Below the pieces are notes generated by a model. That model worked only from the letters and a program-made list of their open reading frames with translations. It made no database searches and was not told where the DNA came from. The translations under genes were made by a program, and so were the position numbers. DNA of 61,332 nt, filler included, from Alphaproteobacteria bacterium (lineage in GTDB: Bacteria > Pseudomonadota > Alphaproteobacteria > Caedimonadales > UBA9215), in NCBI GenBank assembly GCA_024280495.1. It is 4 parts of 4 records of this genome, joined end to end, with 100 filler letters (N's around TTAATTAATTAA, not from the genome) between each part and the next. Parts side by side here need not be neighbours in the genome. Positions count along the whole stretch, not along the records: positions 16,196 to 40,331 come from JAJRPZ010000045.1; positions 40,432 to 46,990 come from JAJRPZ010000048.1; 2 more parts are not named here. One strand, written 5' to 3'. Positions 34,301 through 42,435 of this stretch are shown piece by piece. The stretch's first letter is position 1. Every line of letters starts with the position of its first letter.

Positions 34301-34499
34301 TGCACCGTCATCCCAATGGTGGGTGGATCTTTCAACGGCCATTGTCTTTGGCGTTACCTTTGCAACCATATTGACCTTGATTGTTACGCCATGTGCCCTT
34401 ATGTTACGAGAAAATATTGCCCTTAACCTCAAGAAGAACCCGCTGAAAAACCGTTTCAGGAATCATATCCAAAGGTTAAAAATGACTTTAAAACCCTAA
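31356..34499 (+). CDS. RND efflux permease (AcrB/AcrD/AcrF family)
   Basis: 1047 aa; GMLVDGAIIVAE, GIIVSNNIIFID, RIRPVLLT. Confidence 0.95.
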   Translation: MSLIQAAIDRSRTVIFTLFFILISGIITYISIPKESAPDVKIPIINITYNHEGISPEDGERLIIRVIEEKVRSIEGVKEVRASARQNTGSVTLEFTAGFDSKKALDDVREKVNEVKSDLPDDTEDPLVKEVSFSQFPVLVVHLAGTLPQRALYRIAKNLSDTIEQNVPSVLEARVVGDREEVVEIIVNPGKIEKYDIVFRDMVTLFRNNNSLVSAGVLDNGKGRFSIKINGLMTNITDMLNNPVAVIDDRIIRFKDLAKIRRTFKDATGYARLNGKNSVAIEVSKRTGENIIKTIERVQSLVDEEKEFWPENLIVDYSQDESTKIRNMLGDLENNVIAAVLLVMLVIIVSLGWRSAVLVGIAVPGSFLMGILFIAMQGYTVNIVVLFALILSVGMLVDGAIIVAEYADQQMQKGITPKNAYIEAAKRMTWPVISSIATIIVAFMPLLFWPGIVGQFMKFMPITLIATLTGSILMALVFMPTLGAFFGRAPLRNKNRKKPAYLILYERILRKSLDAPGKTIGIIMSFVVGILFLYGAFNHGTEFFPDVEPDNAAIHVRARGNLSVQEKNELVREVESRILGMAEFKNIYTNTDVGSNSSKGATPPPDDTIGIITLEFEDWEKRRKADIILQDVYNRTSDIPGIIVQIDKKKAGPPTGKPLHLEFSSRNINALIPVVSSVRKYIDTVKGLHSIEDTRPVPGFEWYIKVDREKAVLFGTTISEIGQGVRLISNGIRLDTFSPDDSRDEIDILLRFPEQYRNLKQLELLNIRSKRGIVPVSSFTDQGFRPKLDVIKRVDGKRVYQITSELNKGVLGPQKVDEVSAWLQDNPQDPAVKIKFKGEDTDTKETSAFLGKAFLIAIFMIMLILVTQFNSFFSAGLVLSAVLLSTIGVFAGLLIVGRPFGIVMGGIGVIALGGIIVSNNIIFIDTFDQLKKTSKDIKKSILETGLTRIRPVLLTQITTVLGLVPMALKLNIDFFNGIISHDAPSSQWWVDLSTAIVFGVTFATILTLIVTPCALMLRENIALNLKKNPLKNRFRNHIQRLKMTLKP

Positions 34500-34512
34500 A
34501 AAGGTAAACCCC

Positions 34513-35559
34513 ATGCGCGCCATTTCCTCCCTCTTTATTATTATTTTTCTTTTTTCCGAAACGAGGAGTTTTGAAATCAATGCATCGCCTCTTCAAAGTC
34601 TTCGAGATATATCAACGATCTATAAAGTTCCAGTAACGCAAGATGTCGCCCTTCGTGTGACTTACACAGCAGCAAAATCTCCCTCAAAAAAAGTAATCAT
34701 TCTTTTACCTGGGCGTGCGTCTTATTTCGAGAAAAATAGAGGGCTCATTCTTGCCCTCACGGGGCATAATTATGAAGCTAGTTTTGGCTATTCTTTTAAA
34801 AATCAAGCTGATGTTTGGTGTATTGATTTCCGCGCTCAAGGAGGATCTGATGGTCGCCTTTCCCCAGGTGATCAACGGGGGCACATTGATCATTTTGATA
34901 CCTATCTAAATGATCTCCATTCAGTCATCAAGGATAAAATCATACAAAATTACAAGAAAAAAAATGTCGAATTCTACTTAATGGGCTCTTCTTTGGGCGG
35001 GCATATTGTCCTGCGATACCTACAAGATTTCAATGATAGATTACCCTTTTCTATCAAAAAATCTCTTTTAGTTGTTCCTATGATTGAAATGAACACCTCA
35101 CCTTGGCCTTTTATCGTGGCAAAAGCCCTTGCCTATGGTGGCGTTAAAATGGGACTAGCTGAAACTTACGCCATTGGGCATGGAGATATGAATTTGGATA
35201 AGCCCGATTTTAAAAAATTCAAAGGACACCACAATAAAAAAACTTTTGAAGAAACCAACGCCATCATGTTGGAAGACTTTTCCCTAGTAACTGGAGGTCC
35301 AACCTATGGGTGGGTTGCAGCTGCTTTTGATTCCCAGAAAAAACTTCTCAGTACATCTATAGTCATTCCAAAAGACCAGACCCTTGTTTTTTTTCTTTCA
35401 GGAAATGATAAAACAGTCATAACAAAAACAAGCCAGAAATTTGCACAGCAATATGGAATCAAAATTTATAATTACGATGATGCCTATCATAACCTTTTAA
35501 AAGAATCCACTGACTATGCTGGGTCATTTTGGCAGGATTTAGATAAAGAACTCAACTGA
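34513..35559 (+). CDS. Alpha/beta hydrolase (lysophospholipase L2-like), signal peptide
   Basis: LPGRA, DFRAQGGS.GR, GHID.FD.Y, GSSLGG nucleophile elbow, AYHNLLKE. Confidence 0.85.
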   Translation: MRAISSLFIIIFLFSETRSFEINASPLQSLRDISTIYKVPVTQDVALRVTYTAAKSPSKKVIILLPGRASYFEKNRGLILALTGHNYEASFGYSFKNQADVWCIDFRAQGGSDGRLSPGDQRGHIDHFDTYLNDLHSVIKDKIIQNYKKKNVEFYLMGSSLGGHIVLRYLQDFNDRLPFSIKKSLLVVPMIEMNTSPWPFIVAKALAYGGVKMGLAETYAIGHGDMNLDKPDFKKFKGHHNKKTFEETNAIMLEDFSLVTGGPTYGWVAAAFDSQKKLLSTSIVIPKDQTLVFFLSGNDKTVITKTSQKFAQQYGIKIYNYDDAYHNLLKESTDYAGSFWQDLDKELN

Positions 35560-35766
35560 AATACAATATTATCTTAATCTTTTTTTAAGGTCTTGTTGGC
35601 AAAATTATTTATATGCATATTTTACAAACTAACCAGCAATATGAAGCCCGCTCACCTATAAAATGATTTTAATTAAATTATTTCTTTTTTCGTGCTTTTC
35701 TGTAAAATAAACACAGGTACTTTATAAAAAAAATTCAAAAACATAATAAAATCGGAGACAGAATAC

Positions 35767-36234
35767 ATGTATAAAAAACTTCTCAGCGTAGCAGCAATGA
35801 CTCTTGCCTTGGTTGGTTGTTCTAAAAACAACGATCCAAAACCAATGAATGATTTCACATTTCAAGGTGTTTATGAAGAAGGAAGCTACGAACACTTCAA
35901 ACAAATTGCTGGTGATCGCGTGATGTTCGCCCTTGCAAGCTCCTCCCTTTCAAATTCTGCAAAAGGCGCACTAGACAAACAAGTTTCTTGGTTAAACAAA
36001 TATCCAAAATCAATCTTCACAGTTGAAGGTCATGCCGATGAGCGCGGTACGTCTGAATACAACCTTGCCCTTGGTGATCGCCGTGCGCACTCTGTACGCA
36101 AGCACATGTTGGCAAATGGCATTTCAAACACCCGTATTAGCACAGTAAGTTTTGGTAAAGAACGCCCAGACGTTATGGGACATAACGAAGGTGCCTGGTC
36201 ACAAAACCGTCGTGCAGTAACTGTGATTCACTAA
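35767..36234 (+). CDS. pal: Peptidoglycan-associated lipoprotein
   Basis: LVGC lipobox, VEGHADERGTSEYNLALGDRRA, NRRAVT. Confidence 0.95.
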   Translation: MYKKLLSVAAMTLALVGCSKNNDPKPMNDFTFQGVYEEGSYEHFKQIAGDRVMFALASSSLSNSAKGALDKQVSWLNKYPKSIFTVEGHADERGTSEYNLALGDRRAHSVRKHMLANGISNTRISTVSFGKERPDVMGHNEGAWSQNRRAVTVIH

Positions 36235-36256
36235 AAGCCATTTGTTTAAATATCTT

Positions 36257-36286
36257 AAAAACAGTCCTCAAAAGGGCTGTTTTTTT
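36257..36286 (+). terminator. Intrinsic terminator after pal
   Basis: aaaaacagtcct-caaa-agggctgttttttt. Confidence 0.75.
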
Positions 36287-36309
36287 ATTTTTAATTCAAA
36301 GTATAAAAT

Positions 36310-36523
36310 CATATTGATTACAAAAAAAGTTCCAGCCTAGGAACGAGGGACTTACTCTTATATAGTTGATTAGTTTTTTTATTTACACGAGGCGTAAGGG
36401 ACGACGGTTATATTTATAGCCAAGGAGCGCAGCAAGAAAGTGTAATCGTAAAAATGACTGGCTATAAGTTATAGGCGCGGAAGTGATATAATTATATCCA
36501 AGGTATTTTTTAGAATGACTATA
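36310..36523 (+). repeat. Composite repeat: family A interrupted by a full family B copy (36361-36466)
   Basis: A-left (aaaagttccagcctaggaacgaggga) + B (tatagttgattag...gactggctata) + A-right (agttataggcgcgg...ttttttagaatgactata). Confidence 0.9.
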
Positions 36524-36552
36524 TTGACAATCACACCAAAATCAGGCTATAT
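36524..36552 (+). promoter_or_regulatory. Putative sigma70 promoter of rpmG
   Basis: TTGACA-N17-CTATAT, matching the alphaproteobacterial consensus; abuts the repeat end. Confidence 0.6.
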
Positions 36553-36583
36553 GACGTTAGGAAATAATTAAATAGGTGGCATC

Positions 36584-36754
36584 ATGGCTAGAAAAGGTCC
36601 CGTTCTTAAAATTCGTCTCGTTAGTGAAGAAAAAACTGGTTACTTTTATGTAACAACAAAAAATCCACGCAACACACCAGAAAAAATGGTTGTGCGTAAG
36701 TATGACCCAGTTCTTCGTAAGCATTGTAATTTCAAAGAGGCAAAAATTAAATAA
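36584..36754 (+). CDS. rpmG: 50S ribosomal protein L33 (missed by ORF track)
   Basis: Manual translation: [56 protein letters not shown]. Confidence 0.97.
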   Translation: MARKGPVLKIRLVSEEKTGYFYVTTKNPRNTPEKMVVRKYDPVLRKHCNFKEAKIK

Positions 36755-36797
36755 TTTTTGTATCGATGAATAGGCTCAATTTATTATAGATTTATAT

Positions 36798-36820
36798 AAG
36801 GCGCTGAAAACAGCGTCTTT
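36798..36820 (+). terminator. Probable terminator after rpmG
   Basis: aaggcgctg-aaaa-cagcgtcttt followed by T-rich sequence. Confidence 0.6.
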
Positions 36821-36874
36821 ATTTACAGGCAAAATACGCAATAACGAACACAAGCGTAAAGAAAATGGAACATT

Positions 36875-38293
36875 ATGCTTAATCCTTCTATTTTTCGTGA
36901 ATACGATATCCGCGGACTCGTTGATAAAGACTTTGATGCAGTGGGCGTACAACATATCGGTCAGGCCTTTGGCACAAAAATCACCCGAGAAAGCGACTCT
37001 CTAGAACTCAATACTCCCCTTATTATTATTGCATATGATGGCAGATTAAGCTCTCCCACCCTTGCAGAAAACATCACAAAAGGTCTCCTAAAAACGGGCG
37101 TGCGGATTATTAATATTGGGTGTGGCCCAACCCCTCTTTTGTATTTTTCTTCTCATCATTTCAAGGCCAATGGTGCCATTATGATTACTGGCTCTCATAA
37201 TCCGCCTGAATTTAACGGTTTTAAAATGATCATGGATCAAAGAGCTCTTTTTGGATCGGAAATCAAAGACCTCAATGACCTCATTTCTAAAAATAATTTG
37301 GAAAATAAGAGCGGTGGCACTATGGAAAAAACATCGGTTCACAATATTTATACACAACACATCATCAAAGACTTTCAGTCACACTATAAAAATACTGCTA
37401 AAATGTGTATTGCTTGGGACCCTGGCAATGGCGCAGCTGGAGAAATTACTCAAGATTTATTGGCACAAATTGACGGTGAACATTACCTAATCAATGGTGA
37501 AATCGATGGCACTTTTCCAAACCACCATCCAGATCCAACCATAGAAGAAAACATGTCGCAACTGTGTGATGTCGTGAATGCCATGGGCTGTGATTTTGGC
37601 ATAGGATTCGATGGAGATGGTGATCGTATTGGTATCGTGGATGATAAAGGACGTCTCTTGTTTGGCGATCAACTCATGGCCCTTTTTGCTGAGGAAGTTC
37701 TTGAAACCCACAAAGGTGCTACCATTATTGCTGATGTAAAAACCAGCAAACGTCTTTTTGATACCATCACAGACCTTGGCGGCATTCCCTTAATGTGGCG
37801 CACGGGACATTCTTTAATCAAAAAGAAAATGCGTGACGTTAATAGCCCCCTTGGCGGCGAGATGAGTGGGCATATTTTCTTTAACGATCGCTATTTTGGT
37901 TATGATGATGCATTGTATGCGGCTCTTCGTTTCATCGGTATCCTTTCTCAGAAAAAAATCAAATTATCCAAGTGGATTGATAACCTCACACCAGTCTTCA
38001 ACACACCAGAAATAAAGATTCCCTGTTCCCATGAGGGTCCCCACGCTCAACCCCTTTCAAAATTTGATATTGTTAATGCCCTAAAAGCCTGTCTCGATGC
38101 AGATAAAGTTGATTTTAATCCCATAGATGGTGTTCGGGTGACAACGAAAAATGGTTGGTGGTTACTTCGTGCTTCTAATACCGAGGATATTTTAGTGGCA
38201 CGTGCCGAAGCCCCCTCAGAAAAAAAACTTGAATTTTTACTAAATGATCTGGAATTTTATTTAAAACGCGCTGGATTGAAAGACACTCCCTAA
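36875..38293 (+). CDS. Phosphomannomutase/phosphoglucomutase
   Basis: FREYDIRG, ITGSHNP, FDGDGDR, GEMSGH. Confidence 0.96.
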   Translation: MLNPSIFREYDIRGLVDKDFDAVGVQHIGQAFGTKITRESDSLELNTPLIIIAYDGRLSSPTLAENITKGLLKTGVRIINIGCGPTPLLYFSSHHFKANGAIMITGSHNPPEFNGFKMIMDQRALFGSEIKDLNDLISKNNLENKSGGTMEKTSVHNIYTQHIIKDFQSHYKNTAKMCIAWDPGNGAAGEITQDLLAQIDGEHYLINGEIDGTFPNHHPDPTIEENMSQLCDVVNAMGCDFGIGFDGDGDRIGIVDDKGRLLFGDQLMALFAEEVLETHKGATIIADVKTSKRLFDTITDLGGIPLMWRTGHSLIKKKMRDVNSPLGGEMSGHIFFNDRYFGYDDALYAALRFIGILSQKKIKLSKWIDNLTPVFNTPEIKIPCSHEGPHAQPLSKFDIVNALKACLDADKVDFNPIDGVRVTTKNGWWLLRASNTEDILVARAEAPSEKKLEFLLNDLEFYLKRAGLKDTP

Positions 38294-38341
38294 AAAAATT
38301 TCCCTCTACTGCTTCCTTGAAAAATACGCTATAATTTTATT

Positions 38342-38854
38342 ATGAAAAAACAAGAAGTTCTCCTATCCCCTGTTCTTTATATCCTCATGGCATTTATTGC
38401 CCTTGGGGCTCTTGGGGCTGCCCTTGTTGGTGAATATTTTTATAACCTCAAACCTTGTATCTTATGCTGGTATCAGCGCTATGCCTATATGGCAGCCCTT
38501 GCTATTTCAGTGGCTGGTTTTATACCTTTTCTAGCGTGTTTCCATAGGTACATCATTACTCTTTTAACGCTCAGCTATGGCACCAATGCTTTTTTTGCCA
38601 TTTACCAAGTTCTTGTGGAGAAAAAAATCATTACGCTCCCCAGTCTTTGCACTGGCATTGAAATAGACACCCTCAATAAAAGTTTTGAAGATTTTCAGAA
38701 AAGCCTCCAAAAAGCAGCGGACCACGTACCCTGTGATCAAATCCCGTGGGAGATGTTCAGCATTTCCATGGCGGGATACAATGCCTTTTTTACATTAATG
38801 ATGACCCTTGGTCTTGGCACGCTCACTGCTTTGGCTTATCTTAGAGAAAAATAA
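38342..38854 (+). CDS. dsbB: Disulfide bond formation protein B family
   Basis: PCILCWYQR, later Cys pair (LC...PCD), ISMAGYN. Confidence 0.88.
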   Translation: MKKQEVLLSPVLYILMAFIALGALGAALVGEYFYNLKPCILCWYQRYAYMAALAISVAGFIPFLACFHRYIITLLTLSYGTNAFFAIYQVLVEKKIITLPSLCTGIEIDTLNKSFEDFQKSLQKAADHVPCDQIPWEMFSISMAGYNAFFTLMMTLGLGTLTALAYLREK

Positions 38855-38878
38855 CCTCCACATTAGCGGGATTCAAAA

Positions 38879-39433
38879 ATGACACCCTCAAATTCACAGC
38901 CTTCACCATCGGACCTAGATCAATCACCACTGCACCGCATGATTCGTGTAGACCACGCTGGTGAATATGGGGCTGTGCGCATTTATCAGGGACAATTAGA
39001 CGCCCTTAAAAATTCAGTTAATATAGACACAATTCAACATATGAAAGAACAGGAGAAAGTGCACCTCGAGACTTTCAATGGCATTATTCGCGAAAACAAT
39101 GTACGCCCAACGGCACTTTCCCCTTTATGGAATATGGCAGGTTACGCCATGGGTTATATCACGGGGAAAATGGGAGAAAAAGCAGCTATGGCCTGCACCG
39201 TTGCAGTAGAAACCGTCATTGACAAACATTATGAATCTCAAGAAAAAGATATGGAGGCCTCAGGCCATCACCCCGACCTTCTCAAAACAGTTTCGAAATT
39301 TCGTGCCGAAGAATTAGAACACAGAAATATAGGATTGGAACTTGGTGCCAAAGAAGCTCCTGGATATGAAATCATCACGAGCATTGTAACAGCTGCGTCA
39401 AAAGCCGCTATATTCTTATCGAAACGTATATAA
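38879..39433 (+). CDS. coq7: Demethoxyubiquinone hydroxylase
   Basis: IRVDHAGEYGAVRIY.GQ, E..H, AVETVI..HY, EELEH di-iron motifs. Confidence 0.96.
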   Translation: MTPSNSQPSPSDLDQSPLHRMIRVDHAGEYGAVRIYQGQLDALKNSVNIDTIQHMKEQEKVHLETFNGIIRENNVRPTALSPLWNMAGYAMGYITGKMGEKAAMACTVAVETVIDKHYESQEKDMEASGHHPDLLKTVSKFRAEELEHRNIGLELGAKEAPGYEIITSIVTAASKAAIFLSKRI

Positions 39434-39450
39434 GATAAAAGAGGATTGAA

Positions 39451-40062
39451 ATGCTTGACGCCCGCATCCGCCCCCTTATGGATCCGACATTGACACGCAT
39501 TGGCGCCTTTCTTGTCAAATGCCATATCAGTGCCAATTTAATGACAGTGATCGGTTTTGCATTTGGCCTTTTGGCGATTTGGCATATTACCCAAGGAGAC
39601 ACAATTTTGGGCGGCATTTTCTTTCTCATCAATCGCCTTTGTGACGGCTTGGATGGAGGGATTGCGAGATCCTCAAAAATGACGGATTTCGGAGGTTATC
39701 TTGATATCATGTCAGATTTTATCATTTATCCAGCCATTCCCCTGGCCTTTTGTTTCATGACCCATGACCTATCTCCATATGCAGCATTATTGATATTTGC
39801 CATGGGCGGTGCCATGACATCTTTTTTATCCTTTGCTATTTTGTGTGCAAAAAATAATATAAAAACAGACAAGCGCGGTAAAAAATCATTCTATTATCTT
39901 GGAGGCATTTGCGAGGGATTTGAGACCACACTATTTCTGAGTATCCTTTGTTTTTTTTCACAATATTTCATTGAAATCAGCCTTACTTTTACTGTTTTAT
40001 GCTTTTTCACTACCCTTGGTAGAATCCTTCAAGCCAAAGAAACTTTCAAAATTTATTCCTAA
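39451..40062 (+). CDS. CDP-alcohol phosphatidyltransferase family protein
   Basis: DGLDG.IAR...GGYLD...D motif; KSFYYLGG..EG.ET (YnjF-like). Confidence 0.9.
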   Translation: MLDARIRPLMDPTLTRIGAFLVKCHISANLMTVIGFAFGLLAIWHITQGDTILGGIFFLINRLCDGLDGGIARSSKMTDFGGYLDIMSDFIIYPAIPLAFCFMTHDLSPYAALLIFAMGGAMTSFLSFAILCAKNNIKTDKRGKKSFYYLGGICEGFETTLFLSILCFFSQYFIEISLTFTVLCFFTTLGRILQAKETFKIYS

Positions 40063-40074
40063 AGGGCAACCCAA

Positions 40075-40331
40075 ATGACAGAAACCACAATCGATCAAGA
40101 TGAAATCAACCAATTCAATGCCCAAGCAGACTCCTGGTGGGATGAATCTGGGCCATTTAAACCTCTCCATGACCTCAACCCCCACCGTTTAAAATTCATA
40201 AGGGATGAAATTATAGGGCATTTTAATAGGGAACTTTCAAAAGACCACAAACCCCTTAAGGGACTCAATATTGCAGATATTGGATGCGGAGGCGGCCTCA
40301 TCACAGAGCCTTTAGCAAGGTTAGGAGCCAC
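40075..40331 (+). CDS. ubiG: Ubiquinone O-methyltransferase, 5' part (truncated)
   Basis: WWD..GPFKPLH.LNP.R, DIGCGGGL. Confidence 0.95.
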
Positions 40332-40431
40332 NNNNNNNNNNNNNNNNNNNNNNNNNNNNNNNNNNNNNNNNNNNNTTAATTAATTAANNNNNNNNNNNNN
40401 NNNNNNNNNNNNNNNNNNNNNNNNNNNNNNN
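40332..40431. other. Artificial contig spacer
   Basis: 100 bp N/TTAATTAATTAA/N. Confidence 0.98.
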
Positions 40432-40432
40432 C

Positions 40433-41140
40433 ATTGCTGCCCTGGAACAAGAAATTGATGAAATCCATTTGAACGCAAAGCCGTTGCATATAAACAATTT
40501 ATCTTCTGGGACTATTGATTCACAATCTGCTTTGGACTCTTCCCTTGGAGTTCCTCCTTCAAAAGCGCCATCTCCTTCCTTTCAAGATGTTAATATTACG
40601 GAAGAATTCTTACCTGAAAAAATTGATCCAGAGGCTTCTTTTGATTTAAATAAGGAAGATATTATAGAAAATCCTCAAGGCCAGAAAGTTCTTGTTCAAT
40701 CACCACAGAGTGAAATATATCAGCAAGCTCGTCATTATCTTTCTCAACAACGTCTTGACCTTGCTATTCCTCTTTTTGAAGAAATTCTTAAGACATATAA
40801 GGACAGCCCAGAAGCCGTTCTTACGCATTTTTGGATGGGGGAAATGAAATCACAACAGCATGATTTTGCCGCGGCATCCATTGCATATGGCCAAGCATAC
40901 GGCGTTTTGAAAGCTCTACGGAAAAACAAGGGGGGACCTCTCCTTAATTTTCAAGGGGAGGAAGAACGCCTTCCAGAGATTCTTTACAAACTAGCAATTT
41001 CCCTTAAAAAAATAAGAAAGCGTCGAGATGCTTGTCTTTCCTTAAAACAATTATCAAAGGACTTAAAAAATAAAGATAAGATCCCTCCTACTTTGAAAAT
41101 AATGAAAGAACGCCTTCAAAAAGAATTGAGATGTCGCTAA
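40433..41140 (+). CDS. CpoB/YbgF-like TPR protein, 5'-truncated
   Basis: Frame open from contig start; FWMGE, PEILYKLAISL, DAC...LRC; precedes tilS-ftsH as is usual in Alphaproteobacteria. Confidence 0.8.
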   Translation: MAALEQEIDEIHLNAKPLHINNLSSGTIDSQSALDSSLGVPPSKAPSPSFQDVNITEEFLPEKIDPEASFDLNKEDIIENPQGQKVLVQSPQSEIYQQARHYLSQQRLDLAIPLFEEILKTYKDSPEAVLTHFWMGEMKSQQHDFAAASIAYGQAYGVLKALRKNKGGPLLNFQGEEERLPEILYKLAISLKKIRKRRDACLSLKQLSKDLKNKDKIPPTLKIMKERLQKELRCR

Positions 41141-42369
41141 AAAATATATCTATTCCTACCTTAGAAAATGCCGCCGTTGCAGTTTCTGGAGGAAGCGATA
41201 GTCTGGCTTTGACTTTATTATTGCGCGACTCTATTAAAGATTTAACGGCTCTTATTGTTGACCATCAAGTGCGCCCTGAATCAGCACTGGAAGCTCAGTC
41301 CGTTCATAAACAATTAACAGGCCATGGGATTAAAGTTCAGATTCTCACCCTGGATAAGTCCAGTCTCTATACTAAAAATGGCACCACTCTCAAGGGAAAC
41401 ATTCAAAAAAGAGCCCGCAGCAAGCGCTATGATATTTTACATCACTGGTGCCTTGAAAACAAATGTAAGGACCTTTTTTTAGGTCATCATCAAGGAGATC
41501 AAGAAGAAACCCAATTGATGCGCCTTCGCCAAAACAGTGGGCTTTTAGGCATGGGGGGAATCCGTGACAAAGCTCATTTTAAGGGTATTAACTTGCACCG
41601 TCCCTTTCTCAATCTCAGTAAATGTGACCTCCAAAATTATTTACACATGAAAAATATGTCATGGGTCACCGATCCCAGTAATAAGAATGAAAAATTCGAA
41701 CGTGTTTTTTGGCGAATTTACTTGAATGAAAACTCATTTCCCCTGGATAAATCCATTGATTTTCAGAAAGTACGACAGGGTTTTGAGGGGTGGGTTACTC
41801 GGTTTTTAACTGAACACGCACTGCAATCCCCCCTTGGGTATCTAGCCCTTGATTACCCTTCTTTTTTAAAGCTCCCCCTAGAATTTCAATGCATTCTTCT
41901 TTCTTATATTTTCGTGATTTATGGCGTTGGAGATCACCCACCTTCAAGCAACGCTATTCTTCAACTCATTGAAAATTTATCCTCAAAACAGGTTTTTCCC
42001 CAAACTTTAAAAGGGTGTCGCATTTCCTTAAAGCAAAAGAAAATTGTGGTCGCTCGTGAATATAAACTGGTCAAAAAACAAAGAGAAAAAATGGGAATGC
42101 TGCGTTTATTTGACCAACGGTTTTTATGCAGTGGGGTAGAAAATACCTGTGATTACACTCTCCATCCCATGGGTGATGACAATTGGAAGAATGTCCTTGA
42201 GCAAAATCCTTTTTTAAAAAACGTTAAAACCCCGAGGTATGCCCTTTGGTCTTTACCCATTCTCAAAAAAAATACTGAAATTTATTTACCTTCATGCCTT
42301 CTAGATGAGCAAGAAAATCACACATTTAAAACATTTTTTTGCACTTTTATTGGAAAATCGCCATTCTAA
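41131..42369 (+). CDS. tilS: tRNA(Ile)-lysidine synthase
   Basis: AVSGGSDS PP-loop, VDHQVRPES, GHH.GDQ.ET, DPSN. Confidence 0.95.
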   Translation: MSLKNISIPTLENAAVAVSGGSDSLALTLLLRDSIKDLTALIVDHQVRPESALEAQSVHKQLTGHGIKVQILTLDKSSLYTKNGTTLKGNIQKRARSKRYDILHHWCLENKCKDLFLGHHQGDQEETQLMRLRQNSGLLGMGGIRDKAHFKGINLHRPFLNLSKCDLQNYLHMKNMSWVTDPSNKNEKFERVFWRIYLNENSFPLDKSIDFQKVRQGFEGWVTRFLTEHALQSPLGYLALDYPSFLKLPLEFQCILLSYIFVIYGVGDHPPSSNAILQLIENLSSKQVFPQTLKGCRISLKQKKIVVAREYKLVKKQREKMGMLRLFDQRFLCSGVENTCDYTLHPMGDDNWKNVLEQNPFLKNVKTPRYALWSLPILKKNTEIYLPSCLLDEQENHTFKTFFCTFIGKSPF

Positions 42370-42435
42370 CCTTTTCATTTAGACGAATATCTTTGATAAT
42401 AGAACAATCATTTATTAAATAGGACTTTACTCTAC

